From Candidatus Eiseniibacteriota bacterium (lineage in GTDB: Bacteria > Eisenbacteria > RBG-16-71-46): 64,000 bases of DNA. Below the pieces are notes generated by a model that was not told the origin of the DNA, made no database searches, and saw only the letters and a list, made by a program, of their open reading frames with translations. Each line of letters starts with the position of its first letter. The stretch's first letter is position 1. Positions 22,460-33,040 of this stretch are shown here, piece after piece. The DNA is taken from contig JBBRLX010000016.1 in the NCBI GenBank assembly GCA_038231135.1, positions 1-64,000 of the forward strand, in the 5' to 3' direction. A program made the position numbers and the translations under genes.

Positions 22460-22467
22460 GATCTCCC

Positions 22468-24537
22468 CTACACCCAGTGGAATGCGGTCAGCAGCATGTC
22501 GATCGCCTTGATGCCCGCGAACGGCGCGATCAGTCCCCCGACGCCATAGACCAGCAGGTTGTTGCGCAGGATGACCGCGGCGCCCAGCGGCCGGTAGCGC
22601 ACGCCGCGCAGCGCCAGCGGAATCAGCACGACGATGATCACCGCGTTGAAGATCACCGCCGACATGATCGCGCTCGCGGGCGTGCTCAGTCCCATGATGT
22701 TCAGCGCCCGCAGCGCGGGATAGGTGCCCACGAACACCGCGGGGATGATCGCGAAGTACTTGGCGACGTCGTTCGCGATACTGAACGTCGTCAGGGCTCC
22801 GCGGGTCATCAGCAGCTGCTTGCCGGTCTCGACGATCTCGATCAGCTTGGTCGGGTTGGAATCGAGGTCGACCATGTTGCCGGCTTCCTTCGCCGCCTGG
22901 GTGCCGGAGTTCATCGCCACCGCCACGTCGGCCTGGGCCAGCGCGGGGGCGTCGTTCGTGCCGTCGCCGGTCATCGCGACCAGCCGCCCGCCGGCCTGCT
23001 GTTCGCGAATCAGCGCCAGCTTGGCCTCGGGGGTGGCCTCGGCCAGGAAGTCGTCCACGCCCGACTCGGCGGCGATGGCCGCCGCCGTGAGCGGGTTGTC
23101 CCCCGTGATCATGATGGTCTTGATGCCCATCGCGCGCATCTGGGCGAAGCGTTCGCGGATCCCGCCCTTGACGACGTCCTTGAGCTGAATTACGCCGAGC
23201 ACCGTGCCGTTCTCGGCGACCACCAGTGGGGTGGCGCCCAGGCGCGCGACCGCTTCGACCACACTGCGCACCGGGGCCGGGAACGCCCCGCCCGCGTCGC
23301 GCACGAAGTCCTCCACCGCGTCGGCGGCGCCCTTGCGGATCCGGCGGCCCTCGAGATCCACACCACTCATCCGCGTCTGGGCGCTGAACGGAATGAACGT
23401 GGCGCCCAGCGCGTGGATGTCCCGCTCCCGCAGGCCGTGGTGTTCCTTGGCGAGCACCACGATGCTGCGCCCTTCCGGGGTCTCGTCCGAGAGCGACGCG
23501 AGTTGTGCTGCGTCCGCGAGCGCTTCGAGCGTCACCCCCGGCGCCGGCATGAACTGGGTGGCCTGCCGGTTGCCGAGCGTGATGGTGCCGGTCTTGTCGA
23601 GCAGCAGCACGTCCACGTCGCCCGCGGCCTCGACGGCGCGGCCCGACATCGCGACCACGTTGTCCTGCGTGAGCCGGTCCATGCCCGCGATGCCGATCGC
23701 CGACAGCAGGCCGCCAATGGTCGTCGGGATCAGGCACACGAGCAGCGCGCTCAGCGCGGTCACCGTGATCGGTGTGCCGGCGCCGGCCACGTGCACGCTG
23801 AACAGCGAATACGGCAGCAGCGTCACGGTCGTGACGAGGAAGATCAGCGTCAGCGCGGCGAGCAGGATGTTGAGCGCGATTTCGTTCGGAGTCTTCTGCC
23901 GCTTCGCCCCCTCCACCATGGCGATCATGCGATCGAGGAACGTCTCTCCCGGGTTGGCGCTGACCTTGAGGACGAGCCAGTCGGACAGGATGCGGGTGCC
24001 GCCCGTGACGGCGCTGCGATCGCCGCCGCTCTCGCGAATCACCGGCGCGCTCTCGCCGGTGATGACGCTCTCGTCCACGGAGGCGACGCCCTCCACGACG
24101 TCGGCATCGCACGGAATGACGTCTCCTGCGGCGACGATCACGAAGTCGCCCTTGCGCAGGGCATGGGCGGGCACCGCCGAGATGCCCAGGTGATTCGCAG
24201 GGTCCTCCAGCTTCTTCGCGAACACGTCCCCCCGGGCGCGGCGTAACGCCTCGGCCTGGGCCTTGCCTCGCCCCTCGGCCATCGCCTCGGCGAAGTTCGC
24301 AAACAACACCGTGAACCACAGCCAGACCGAGATCGCGACGATGAACCCCGCCGACGCTTCGCCACGGCCCGCCAGCGCCTGAATGCCGAGCACGGTCGTC
24401 AACGCCGCGGTGACGAGCACCACGAACATGACCGGATTGCGAATCTGGATGCGGGGGTCGAGCTTGCGGACGGCGTCCACGGCCGCACGGCGCATGATGG
24501 CCGGCTCGAACAGCGGACGCGCCTGGAGTTTGGACAT
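22468..24537 (-). CDS. kdpB: K+-transporting P-type ATPase subunit B
   Basis: [33 protein letters not shown]. Confidence 0.98.
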   Translation of the reverse strand: MSKLQARPLFEPAIMRRAAVDAVRKLDPRIQIRNPVMFVVLVTAALTTVLGIQALAGRGEASAGFIVAISVWLWFTVLFANFAEAMAEGRGKAQAEALRRARGDVFAKKLEDPANHLGISAVPAHALRKGDFVIVAAGDVIPCDADVVEGVASVDESVITGESAPVIRESGGDRSAVTGGTRILSDWLVLKVSANPGETFLDRMIAMVEGAKRQKTPNEIALNILLAALTLIFLVTTVTLLPYSLFSVHVAGAGTPITVTALSALLVCLIPTTIGGLLSAIGIAGMDRLTQDNVVAMSGRAVEAAGDVDVLLLDKTGTITLGNRQATQFMPAPGVTLEALADAAQLASLSDETPEGRSIVVLAKEHHGLRERDIHALGATFIPFSAQTRMSGVDLEGRRIRKGAADAVEDFVRDAGGAFPAPVRSVVEAVARLGATPLVVAENGTVLGVIQLKDVVKGGIRERFAQMRAMGIKTIMITGDNPLTAAAIAAESGVDDFLAEATPEAKLALIREQQAGGRLVAMTGDGTNDAPALAQADVAVAMNSGTQAAKEAGNMVDLDSNPTKLIEIVETGKQLLMTRGALTTFSIANDVAKYFAIIPAVFVGTYPALRALNIMGLSTPASAIMSAVIFNAVIIVVLIPLALRGVRYRPLGAAVILRNNLLVYGVGGLIAPFAGIKAIDMLLTAFHWV

Positions 24538-24596
24538 GATTCACCGCCTGCCGTTCCGCCGGGCTGTCGCCGGCCTCGGAGAGTGGAGGAGCGTCG

Positions 24597-26345
24597 TCAT
24601 TGCGTGGCTCCCATGATCAGGTGCTCAACGATGGGACCGAGCGCAAGGGCCGGGAAGAACGCGAGCGCCCCCACGACCAGGACGGTGGCCACCAGCAGGA
24701 ATACGAACAGCGGCGTGTGGGTCGGCAACGTTCCCGCGCCCACGGGGACCTTCTTCTTGAGCGCCAGCGAACCCGCGATGGCGAGCGTCGGGATCGCCAG
24801 CCAGTAGCGTCCCACGAGCATCGCGAGCCCCAGCGCCAGATTGTAGAACGGCATATTGGCGCCCAGTCCGGCGAACGCACTGCCGTTGTTGTTCGACGCC
24901 GAGGAGAACGCATAGAGGACTTCGCTGAATCCATGCGCGCCCGGATTGAAGATGCCGGCGCGGCCGGCCGCGGTGGCCACGGCGAGGGCCGTGCCGAGTT
25001 TCACCGTGATCGGTGGAATGAGGATCACCAGCGACGCCATCTTCATCTCGTAGGACTCGATCTTCTTCCCGAGGTATTCCGGGGTTCGCCCCACCATGAG
25101 TCCGGCGATGAACACCGCGGCGATCGCGAACATCAGCATCCCGTACAGGCCCGAACCCACACCGCCGAACACCACCTCGCCCAGCTGGATGAGAATCATC
25201 GGCGCGAGTCCGCCGAGCGGCGTGAACGAATCGTGCATGGCATTGACCGATCCATTGGACGCGGCGCTCGTCGCGGTGGCCCATAACGCCGAGTTCACGA
25301 TCCCGAACCGCGCCTCCTTGCCCTCCATGTTGCCGCCCGGCTGCGCGCCGGTCGCCCGGGTTTCCGCTCCCACGGCGGCGAGGCGCGGGTTGCCCGCCTG
25401 CTCGGCGACGATGCACGGGATCGTGAAGGCGACGAGCAGCAGCAGCATCGCGCCGAAGATCGCCCAGCCCTGGCGCATGTCGGCCACTCCGGCGCCGAAC
25501 GTGAAGCACAGCGCCGCGGGGATCAGCAGGATGGCGAGCAGCTCGAGGACATTGGACAGCGGCGTCGGGTTCTCGAACGGATGCGCCGAATTCACGTTGA
25601 AGAACCCGCCGCCGTTGGTCCCGAGCTGCTTGATGGCGATCTGCGAGGCGGCCGGGCCGACCGCGACCTCCTGCTGGACGACGGGTGGGCGCCCGGCGAC
25701 GCGGAGCGGCTGTACCAGCGCCACGTGCTGAGTGCCATGGAATGTCTGAACCGCGCCCTGGGATACGAGGACGATCGCCAGCACCGTCGACAGCGGCAGC
25801 AGGACGTGGAGGGTCACCCGCGTCACGTCCGCCCAGAAGTTGCCGATGGTCTCCGCCGAGCGGCGCGCGAAGCCGCGGATCAGCGCCGCGAGGACCGCGA
25901 TGCCGGTGGCGGCGGACAGGAAGTTCTGGACCGTGAGCCCGAGCATCTGGGTGAGGTAGCTGAGCGTGGTCTCACCGGAGTAGCTCTGCCAGTTGGTGTT
26001 CGTGGCGAAGCTCACCGCGGTGTTGAACGCCAGGTGCCAGGGCACCGCGGGCAGCTGCTGTGGATTCGCGGGCAGCATGCCCTGGGCCCGCTGGAGGACG
26101 TAGACCAGCAGCAACCCCGCCGCGTTGAACAGCAGCATGGCCCACGCGTAGCGGCGCCAGGTCATTTCCTGGTCCGGTTGTACGCCGGCCACGCGGTAGA
26201 GCTGCCGCTCCAGCGGGCCCAGCAGCCGTGACAGGAATGCCGGCCGGCCGTCCAGGACGCACGCCATGTAGGTGCCGAGCGGGTACGCCAGCAGCACGAG
26301 GACGGCGAAATAGATCAGGAGCTGGACCCAGCCATTCGCAGGCAT
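24597..26345 (-). CDS. kdpA: K+-transporting ATPase subunit A
   Basis: [36 protein letters not shown]. Confidence 0.97.
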   Translation of the reverse strand: MPANGWVQLLIYFAVLVLLAYPLGTYMACVLDGRPAFLSRLLGPLERQLYRVAGVQPDQEMTWRRYAWAMLLFNAAGLLLVYVLQRAQGMLPANPQQLPAVPWHLAFNTAVSFATNTNWQSYSGETTLSYLTQMLGLTVQNFLSAATGIAVLAALIRGFARRSAETIGNFWADVTRVTLHVLLPLSTVLAIVLVSQGAVQTFHGTQHVALVQPLRVAGRPPVVQQEVAVGPAASQIAIKQLGTNGGGFFNVNSAHPFENPTPLSNVLELLAILLIPAALCFTFGAGVADMRQGWAIFGAMLLLLVAFTIPCIVAEQAGNPRLAAVGAETRATGAQPGGNMEGKEARFGIVNSALWATATSAASNGSVNAMHDSFTPLGGLAPMILIQLGEVVFGGVGSGLYGMLMFAIAAVFIAGLMVGRTPEYLGKKIESYEMKMASLVILIPPITVKLGTALAVATAAGRAGIFNPGAHGFSEVLYAFSSASNNNGSAFAGLGANMPFYNLALGLAMLVGRYWLAIPTLAIAGSLALKKKVPVGAGTLPTHTPLFVFLLVATVLVVGALAFFPALALGPIVEHLIMGATQ

Positions 26346-26434
26346 CAGAAGCGCTCCGGTCGCAGCATGGCGTAGAGCAGGTAGCCGAACAACACGATCA
26401 CGATCAGGGCGCACACGACGTAGAGCGCGTTCAT
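26345..26434 (-). CDS. kdpF: K+-transporting ATPase subunit F (29 aa)
   Basis: Read by hand: MNALYVVCALIVIVLFGYLLYAMLRPERF; YLxYAMxxPExF motif; stop overlaps the kdpA ATG. Confidence 0.92.
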   Translation of the reverse strand: MNALYVVCALIVIVLFGYLLYAMLRPERF

Positions 26435-26526
26435 CGTGCCTTCCGCAGCGCGTCGCACAACTTCACCAGGGCCAGCGTCGACAGCCCGAACGCGGCGAAG
26501 ATGACCATCACGGCAACGTCCCTCAT
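26431..26526 (-). CDS. 31-aa single-TM peptide heading the kdp operon
   Basis: MRDVAVMVIFAAFGLSTLALVKLCDALRKAR; GAGGAGG RBS; ATGA overlap with kdpF. Confidence 0.75.
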   Translation of the reverse strand: MRDVAVMVIFAAFGLSTLALVKLCDALRKAR

Positions 26527-26619
26527 GCAGCCTCCTCGAATGCGCCGTCCACGGCGTGGACGACCCATATGATTAGATCAGCGATCGCATCAAGAGAGCG
26601 CATGGAGTGGCGCGGGTGC

Positions 26620-26636
26620 CGTCAATGAAACATCAA
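26620..26636 (-). promoter_or_regulatory. Candidate KdpE-binding direct repeat (TTGATG-N5-TTGACG)
   Basis: Minus strand TTGATGTTTCATTGACG; 15/17 identical to 29172-29188. Confidence 0.6.
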
Positions 26637-26677
26637 TGTGCGGCCACCGACGCGACGCGCCGGCGGCACCCTCGCCG

Positions 26678-27034
26678 TCAGCCATGCACCCAGGGGTCGT
26701 TCCCGCCGGACCGCGGAATTCCGTACGGCAGCGTCGGCCGGAACCCGAGCTCGACTTCGTAGAGTTCCGCAATTCGCTGAGCCCCGTAGCGACCCAGGCC
26801 GACCGCGAGGTCGAAGCGCCCGCAGCGGAGCGCCTGTCGGACCTGCCACGCGACCGCGCGCTCGATGAACGTCACCCGGTCCTCCGTGGTGACCTCCTCG
26901 AAGTCGATGTCGCGGAGTCCGTCCTCCACTTCGGCGGCCATGCGGCGGAGCTCGGACGGGGCGACAACCGCAACGCCGCTCCACGACGGGGCCCTGGAGC
27001 GCAGACGTTCGTTCAACAGGTGCAGGAGCCGCAT
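26678..27034 (-). CDS. Hypothetical protein (118 aa)
   Basis: Co-oriented between the APC gene and the kdp operon; GAGG RBS; protein-like composition. Confidence 0.55.
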   Translation of the reverse strand: MRLLHLLNERLRSRAPSWSGVAVVAPSELRRMAAEVEDGLRDIDFEEVTTEDRVTFIERAVAWQVRQALRCGRFDLAVGLGRYGAQRIAELYEVELGFRPTLPYGIPRSGGNDPWVHG

Positions 27035-27062
27035 GGTTCGCGTGCCTCGAACGACGTGCCGG

Positions 27063-29042
27063 TTACGCCGACTTCAACCGTTCCCAAACGCGGATCGGGA
27101 GGATGATGACCTGAATACCCAGGAACTGGAGGCGGCGCTGGATCGAGAACGCGGTCTCATGATGCAGCATCCGCGTGAACAGGTTCTCGCGCTGAAACAC
27201 GAGCTGGCCCGCGAACACCACCGGGCGCCGGAACTCCCGGATGAGGTCCTGGCAAATCGACTCGAGCTCCTGAACCAGATCGGTGCCGAGCGCGTAGCGA
27301 TACTCGGAATAGCTCCCCATCCGCTCGGTGATCCGGACGTATTGCTCGAGGTCCTCCCGCACCTTCTGCTCCAGCGCGCCCAACTCGTCCACGCCCTTGA
27401 ACTGCGCCGAATCGACGAGCCCCACCGAGATGAACACGAAGTTCTTGAACAGCCGCGGGAACAGCCGGTGCACCGAGAGCAGCGTATGCACGCCCAGGCC
27501 GCTGTAGCTCTCGACGAGCACGATCGCGGTGGGCCCGTCGATGGACAGCTCCGGCTGTGCCTTGAGCTCGGGAAGCGGCAGATTGAGCAGGGTCTCGTCG
27601 AGCGAGGCCAGGCTCAGCCGCACGCGCCCGTAGTGATGCCGAATGGCATAGCACACGACCACCAGCACGGTCGTCGCCACGAGCGTGATCCAGCCGCCCT
27701 CCCGGAACTTGAGCGTCGCCGTGACCACGAGGATCGTCGCGGTCACCAGCGCCCCGAACGCGTTGACGATCAGCCGGCGCCGCCAGTGCGCTTCCCGATG
27801 CCGCACCTCGAGCCAGTGCCGGGCCATGCCGGTCTGGCTGAGCGTGAACGTCAGGAACACGTTGATCGAGTACATGACGACCAGCAGATCGACCGCGCCC
27901 CGCGTGTAGGCGAGCACCACGACGGCGGCGAGCCCCATTGTGACGACGCCGTTCTGCGTCACGAAGCGCTCGGACAGATTCTTGTACCGTTTCGGCACCC
28001 ATTCGTCGTATGCCATGGCCGCGAGCGTGCGGGGGCCATCGAGGAACCCGGTCTGCGCCGCCACGAACAGCAGCGCCCCCTCGGACAACAGCGTGAGCCA
28101 CACCACGCCCGGACCGACGTCCAACGGGCCCACGCGCCAGCCGTGCACCAGCAGCTCCCACAGCGATGCGTTCAAGGTCTTGCCGGCCTGGAACTGGACG
28201 TTGTTCAGCAGGTAGCACAGCAGGATGCCGCCGGCCGTGAGCGCGAGCGAGCACGACATGTACAGCATGGTCCGCTTGCCGTTGGCCACACGCGGCTCAC
28301 GCAGGATGCCGACGCCGTTGCTCACGGCTTCGATGCCGGTGAACGTGCCACCGCCCAGCGAGAACGCGCGCAGGACGATGACGCCGACGCCGACGAGCCC
28401 CAGCGTATGGACCGCCGAATGGGTCTCCTGGACGGTCCCCGACAGCAGGGACCCGAGATCCCTGCCGTGGCGCAGTATGCCAAACCCGATCAGCCCGATA
28501 TGGCTGACCATGAATGCGAGGAAGATCGGCGTAAGGATGTACACCGATTCCTTGACCCCGCGCAGATTCATGAGGACGAGGAACCCCACGACGGCGAATT
28601 CGGCGGGCAGCCGCAGGCCCTGGAGCGGACCCGGCATGAACGAGAAGATCGCGTCGCAGCCGGCGGCGACCGAGATGGCGATGGTCAGGATGTAATCGAC
28701 GACCAGCGCGCTCCCGGAGATCACCCCCGGGGTGGGTCCCAGAAGTTTCGTCGCAACCAGGTAACCGCCGCCGCCGGTGGGAAACTGCTCGATGATCTGG
28801 CTGTAGGACGCCGAGATCAGGAACACGGTGCCGACGATCGCGCCGACCAGGTAGAGCGCGAGATGGCGGTGGGCGCCGAGCTGCCGGAAGATCTCCTCGG
28901 GGCCGTAGGACGACGACGACAGACCGTCGGATCCCAACCCCACCCAGGCGAAGAACGCGATGAGCGCGAGCTGGTGATGGATGCTGGGGTCGAACAGGTT
29001 CTTCGGAGCGCCGAGCAGCAGGCCCCGCAGCCGGTGTTTCAC
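27063..29042 (-). CDS. APC-family permease, KimA/YdaO-like K+ transporter
   Basis: AWVGLGSDGLSSSSYGPEE, FPTGGGGY, NLRGVKES, TGIEAVSNG, KFREGGW; about 12 TM plus a cytoplasmic C-terminal domain. Confidence 0.88.
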   Translation of the reverse strand: MKHRLRGLLLGAPKNLFDPSIHHQLALIAFFAWVGLGSDGLSSSSYGPEEIFRQLGAHRHLALYLVGAIVGTVFLISASYSQIIEQFPTGGGGYLVATKLLGPTPGVISGSALVVDYILTIAISVAAGCDAIFSFMPGPLQGLRLPAEFAVVGFLVLMNLRGVKESVYILTPIFLAFMVSHIGLIGFGILRHGRDLGSLLSGTVQETHSAVHTLGLVGVGVIVLRAFSLGGGTFTGIEAVSNGVGILREPRVANGKRTMLYMSCSLALTAGGILLCYLLNNVQFQAGKTLNASLWELLVHGWRVGPLDVGPGVVWLTLLSEGALLFVAAQTGFLDGPRTLAAMAYDEWVPKRYKNLSERFVTQNGVVTMGLAAVVVLAYTRGAVDLLVVMYSINVFLTFTLSQTGMARHWLEVRHREAHWRRRLIVNAFGALVTATILVVTATLKFREGGWITLVATTVLVVVCYAIRHHYGRVRLSLASLDETLLNLPLPELKAQPELSIDGPTAIVLVESYSGLGVHTLLSVHRLFPRLFKNFVFISVGLVDSAQFKGVDELGALEQKVREDLEQYVRITERMGSYSEYRYALGTDLVQELESICQDLIREFRRPVVFAGQLVFQRENLFTRMLHHETAFSIQRRLQFLGIQVIILPIRVWERLKSA

Positions 29043-29171
29043 GTGGCGACGCCCCGGCGTCCCGGCACGCGGGAACCGCCCCTGTCAGCGCGTGCGTCTA
29101 CGGCCGAATCGGTCACACCCCGATTGAACGACAAGAATCCATCAACGGAGCGTTTGGAATGCCGTCTAATG

Positions 29172-29188
29172 CATCAAGGAAACATCAA
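29172..29188 (-). promoter_or_regulatory. Candidate KdpE-binding direct repeat (TTGATG-N5-TTGATG)
   Basis: Minus strand TTGATGTTTCCTTGATG, about 130 bp upstream of the APC start. Confidence 0.6.
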
Positions 29189-30414
29189 GATCCGCTTTGG
29201 GGGCCCGGTTTCCGCCGGAGACAGTGGAGCTCGACGCCCGAGCCGGGCAGGAAAGGGAAATATTGAATGGCCTGTCCGGCCCCTGACACGAACACATAGT
29301 CGAATAGCCCGGAATGCCTGCGAATGCGAGCCTGCAACTGAGAACCGAGGAGCGCAGAGGTGAACTGGATTCGACTGTCGACGCTGCCCACACACGGCGC
29401 GAGCAGGCCGATGATCAACGGCAAACCGCGGAATCGCGGACTGCAGGGGATCCATTCCTCCCCGGCGGCCATGAGATATGGGGCTCTGGAATTGGGATTG
29501 TCGAAGCTGTCGATGGCCATGACCGCGTCCGCCACCACCAGCGTCGAATCCAGCGATGCCAGATCGAACCGGGCAATGCCCGTCTGGGTCAGCGAGGTTC
29601 GGAGCTGGTTGCAGGTCCACCCCGTACCGTCCCACGTGGCGCAGTCAAACACGGGCAGTAGGATTGTGAACGATTCAGCGCTGGCCGGCGCGGCCCTGAA
29701 CCGCCACGTCGGCCCGAGGCTGGAATCCCCGGTGTCCAGATTCGTCACCCGCACACGCCAGAATACAGTACGGTCCTGCGGCCAGTTCGCGGTCTGCAGA
29801 AGGTGTGCTTCCGAAGTCGTGATGGTGGGTTCGAGCGCGGCGGCGACCTGCGATGAATCCGAGCCGAGATAGATGTCGTACCGAATCTGACCGGCGGCGG
29901 GTTCTGTTTCCTGCCAGAACAGCGGGGCCACCGGCGATTGGAAGTCACTGCCGTCGGGTGGATCGGGATCGGCGATCGGCCTCACCGACACCGTGGTGAA
30001 TTGCCAGAAGTAGGTCGCGCCGAACTCCACTCCCGCGACCGTTCGAATCCTGGGCGTCAGCTCGACCGTGAAGATCTGGTGTGCCTCCAGCGTCGCGCGC
30101 GGGCGCAGCACGATCGTGCGTCCGGAATCGGTCAGTGTCACGGTCATCGGAATTCGCCGCGTGTCGATCTTGAGGAATACGGTGAGCGAATTGACCGTGG
30201 TGGAGTCCAGCGGTTCGCGGAATCGCGCGCGCATGATCGCGTCACACGGAACCCGTACGGCTCTCGAGGGCGGCTCCACCTCGATCACCTGCGGCGGCAG
30301 GTGCTCCTGGACCACGGGGCGCATGGGGTGAGCATGGCTGCACCCGCCGGCCGACGCCGCGAGCAGCCACGCGGCGATAGGCCAGGCATTCCGGAACCGG
30401 CGTCCGCCGATCAT
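29185..30414 (-). CDS. Lipoprotein with an Ig-like (Big_5-type) domain
   Basis: ATG overlaps the upstream stop; lipobox AGGC; PPQVIEVEPP..F.EPLD..TV..WQFTT; YDIYLG..FWRVRV..W.F. Confidence 0.75.
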   Translation of the reverse strand: MIGGRRFRNAWPIAAWLLAASAGGCSHAHPMRPVVQEHLPPQVIEVEPPSRAVRVPCDAIMRARFREPLDSTTVNSLTVFLKIDTRRIPMTVTLTDSGRTIVLRPRATLEAHQIFTVELTPRIRTVAGVEFGATYFWQFTTVSVRPIADPDPPDGSDFQSPVAPLFWQETEPAAGQIRYDIYLGSDSSQVAAALEPTITTSEAHLLQTANWPQDRTVFWRVRVTNLDTGDSSLGPTWRFRAAPASAESFTILLPVFDCATWDGTGWTCNQLRTSLTQTGIARFDLASLDSTLVVADAVMAIDSFDNPNSRAPYLMAAGEEWIPCSPRFRGLPLIIGLLAPCVGSVDSRIQFTSALLGSQLQARIRRHSGLFDYVFVSGAGQAIQYFPFLPGSGVELHCLRRKPGPQSGS

Positions 30415-32813
30415 CGAATCACCACGAAGCGTCCCACCTGGTGACCCAGCCTCGAATCGACGCTGAACAGGTAGATTCCGGATTCCACTTCCTGGCCATT
30501 CCTCGACACGAGATCCCACGGCACCTCGCCGTCGCCATTCGACCCATCGTGTTCGATCGCGGCCACGAAATCCCCCGCCAGGGTCCAGATGCGAATCTTG
30601 CAGGGTGCGCGCGGCAGCCCCATGAAATCCAGGTGCCGGGTAAGTGGATCGTCGATCACCGGCGGGCGCTGCCACAACTCCGATCCGCGAAATGGATTCG
30701 GCACCACCCACACCGATCCCGCGGCGGCACGAGCCGCGGCGTGCGGCTGCGCGATCTGCTGGAACACCGGCGTGAACGGGCTCTCGAATCGGACGGTTCG
30801 CGTCTTGCCCGGGCCGTCGTCGACGTCCCGTTCGATCACGGTGCTCACCACATACGCATAGTCGAACCCGTTGCGCACCTCGGAATCCACGACGGCATAG
30901 CGGCCCACCGGGAACAGTTCCCTGCCGTACAGATAGCGCTCGAAATCGAGCGTGGTGTCGGTGATCGATGCGAGCGGCTCCTCGCCGAACCGGGTTCGGG
31001 TCCCGAACGATCGCCACAGCGCCCAGTTCTCGTGAGGCGGCAGCAGCGACACGCGATTTCGCCAGTCGGCCAGCTTGTAGACCCGGTAGCCGGCGAACCG
31101 TCCGTCGATTCCGGTGAGCCCGGCGTCACTCAGGATCTCCGGCCGGTTGTCCCACTCCATCCGCAGCGCGTGATCTCGCGGCTGGATGCGAACCGTGGGC
31201 GGGTCGGGCAGCTCCCCCGGGTCGAGCCAGTTCACGCGGGTTTCGAAACCGGCGACACCGGTGCACACATCGCAATCGGCATCGGTCCAGACACACTGGC
31301 CCGGCTTATAGAGCGTGAGCTGCGGCAACGCTCCCGAATTCAATCCGAACTTCTCGGGACAATGCGGATCCCACTCGAACGTCACGCCCGGCGGCGCCTC
31401 GACGCAGACTTCATGCCCCGCGACCCCCGAAACGCCGTCGAACCACTCGTCCGTCGAGAACGCCGACAGCGAGTCGGGCACTGCGTTCAACGTGTAGCCG
31501 TGATAGAGCACGGCGGCGTTTCCTAGCAATGTCTGCAGGCTGTCGCGGTCGAGCGTGGCGACGAGTGCGACCACGAAGTCGAGGGACTGCCCCGGGGCGA
31601 GTGTCGGAAACGGACCGCACGACACCAGCACCGCGTAATCGCCCGGCTCATCGGTGATCGCCGCCGGGAATGTCCCGCTCAGCGCCGCGTAGCGCTGCCG
31701 ATCGTCCGCGGGCGGTCCGCCCTGGCCGGGCAGGCGGCCCTGGGCGAACACCGTGTTGAGGAACGCGATGCGCGCCGGCGCCCGCGCATACCGGGCCGCC
31801 GGCGTGATCGCGGCCAGCGGATCGATCGTGTGACTCAGCGGCAGCACCGCCACCGCCGGCAGGTTGCGGTTGTGTCCATCGACGAGCACCGGCACCGTCT
31901 GGGACAGTGTCGTCGTGCACGCCGACAGCCCGCATGGAGGAGCCGTGGCGCCGCCGGTCACGCACTTGCCGGCGACGGCCAGCGAGTACAGGCCCTCGAG
32001 CACCGTTCGGGAATACGTCTCGTACTCGATGCGATCGTCGAGATGGCCCGCGCGATCGTTGCGTTCCCGGGAATCGAGATCGGCGTACAATCCGATGCGC
32101 ACGTCCCGCAGCGTCGTGGTGCCGTGATTCGTGATGTGAAACGAGAGTCCGGCGATGTTGTCGTAGCCGGAGGCACTCCAGGCATACGCCTCCTGATGCA
32201 CCGACAGGCCGAGCGGCACATGGGACTCCCCGTTGCCCGACGTCGTGTACAAGGCTTCCGGCCGGTCGTCGACATACTCAGCGGTCATCGTCTGCTGTGC
32301 GAACAGTCCGAGATCCTCGTCGACTTCACCGTCACCGTCGTCGTCGATGCCGTTCGGAAGCTCCTCGTCCACGAGCCCATCCCCGTCGTCGTCGATACCC
32401 CGTCGGGACCCGGGCATCCCGTGATTCCATGTCTTCACGCGATCACTGGGATCGAGTGTCGGCCGCCACTCCAGCATCGGTCCGCCAGACACCCGTGCGA
32501 CGCCATCCGTGTTCACTGCCCCGACCCACAGTTCGGCGTGATTCAACGCCTCGTAGGCCGAACCCGGTCGAATCTCGAACGACGGATCGAACGACAGGCC
32601 CTTGTCGAAGAACGCGTTGCCGATGATGCCCGCATTCGTGATCCGCAATGCGAACGCCCCGGCCGTGAGCACCGGACCCTTGTCCTCGATGTCGAGCACG
32701 GCGTGAGCCGGCCCGGGGAATGCGCCGACGGCTGCGAGCGCGAGGAGCGCGCTCCCGATGGACACCGCCGGCTGCCCCACCGATCGCTCCCCGAATCTCC
32801 GTCCGACGCGCAT
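30411..32813 (-). CDS. Large secreted protein with a VVPNP...WDL...SGIY-type C-terminal domain and DDDGDG repeats
   Basis: Signal peptide (PAHA); GIDDDGDGLVDEE/NGIDDDGDGEVDED; FAGYRVYK; VWVVPNPF..WDLVSRNGQEVESGIYLF..GRFVVIR. Confidence 0.8.
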   Translation of the reverse strand: MRVGRRFGERSVGQPAVSIGSALLALAAVGAFPGPAHAVLDIEDKGPVLTAGAFALRITNAGIIGNAFFDKGLSFDPSFEIRPGSAYEALNHAELWVGAVNTDGVARVSGGPMLEWRPTLDPSDRVKTWNHGMPGSRRGIDDDGDGLVDEELPNGIDDDGDGEVDEDLGLFAQQTMTAEYVDDRPEALYTTSGNGESHVPLGLSVHQEAYAWSASGYDNIAGLSFHITNHGTTTLRDVRIGLYADLDSRERNDRAGHLDDRIEYETYSRTVLEGLYSLAVAGKCVTGGATAPPCGLSACTTTLSQTVPVLVDGHNRNLPAVAVLPLSHTIDPLAAITPAARYARAPARIAFLNTVFAQGRLPGQGGPPADDRQRYAALSGTFPAAITDEPGDYAVLVSCGPFPTLAPGQSLDFVVALVATLDRDSLQTLLGNAAVLYHGYTLNAVPDSLSAFSTDEWFDGVSGVAGHEVCVEAPPGVTFEWDPHCPEKFGLNSGALPQLTLYKPGQCVWTDADCDVCTGVAGFETRVNWLDPGELPDPPTVRIQPRDHALRMEWDNRPEILSDAGLTGIDGRFAGYRVYKLADWRNRVSLLPPHENWALWRSFGTRTRFGEEPLASITDTTLDFERYLYGRELFPVGRYAVVDSEVRNGFDYAYVVSTVIERDVDDGPGKTRTVRFESPFTPVFQQIAQPHAAARAAAGSVWVVPNPFRGSELWQRPPVIDDPLTRHLDFMGLPRAPCKIRIWTLAGDFVAAIEHDGSNGDGEVPWDLVSRNGQEVESGIYLFSVDSRLGHQVGRFVVIR

Positions 32814-33040
32814 CGACTCATGATCGCGCCTGGGGTGGACCCGTACAAGCTATTACCACACCCGCCCATGGCGCCGCGGCCCGATCCACGTTGTGAAGTG
32901 ACGATGAAGCTTCGGTGCAATCCCGCTCGCGCGCGGTCAGGCTTCAGGTCATCGTCCGCTCCAGGTTGTTCCCCCCTGCAGCACCCTCGTAAGATGCGGC
33001 GCCCTCGTCCCCGTTGTCTGGCCGCCCACCGGGATCCCGC

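Noticed and set aside
21869..24544. 891-aa ORF suggesting a giant KdpC
   Set aside because: Only the last 196 aa are KdpC; the rest is an off-frame overlap with kdpB
29043..29185. Expected c-di-AMP (ydaO) riboswitch before the KimA-like gene
   Set aside because: No recognisable consensus, and only about 140 bp are available
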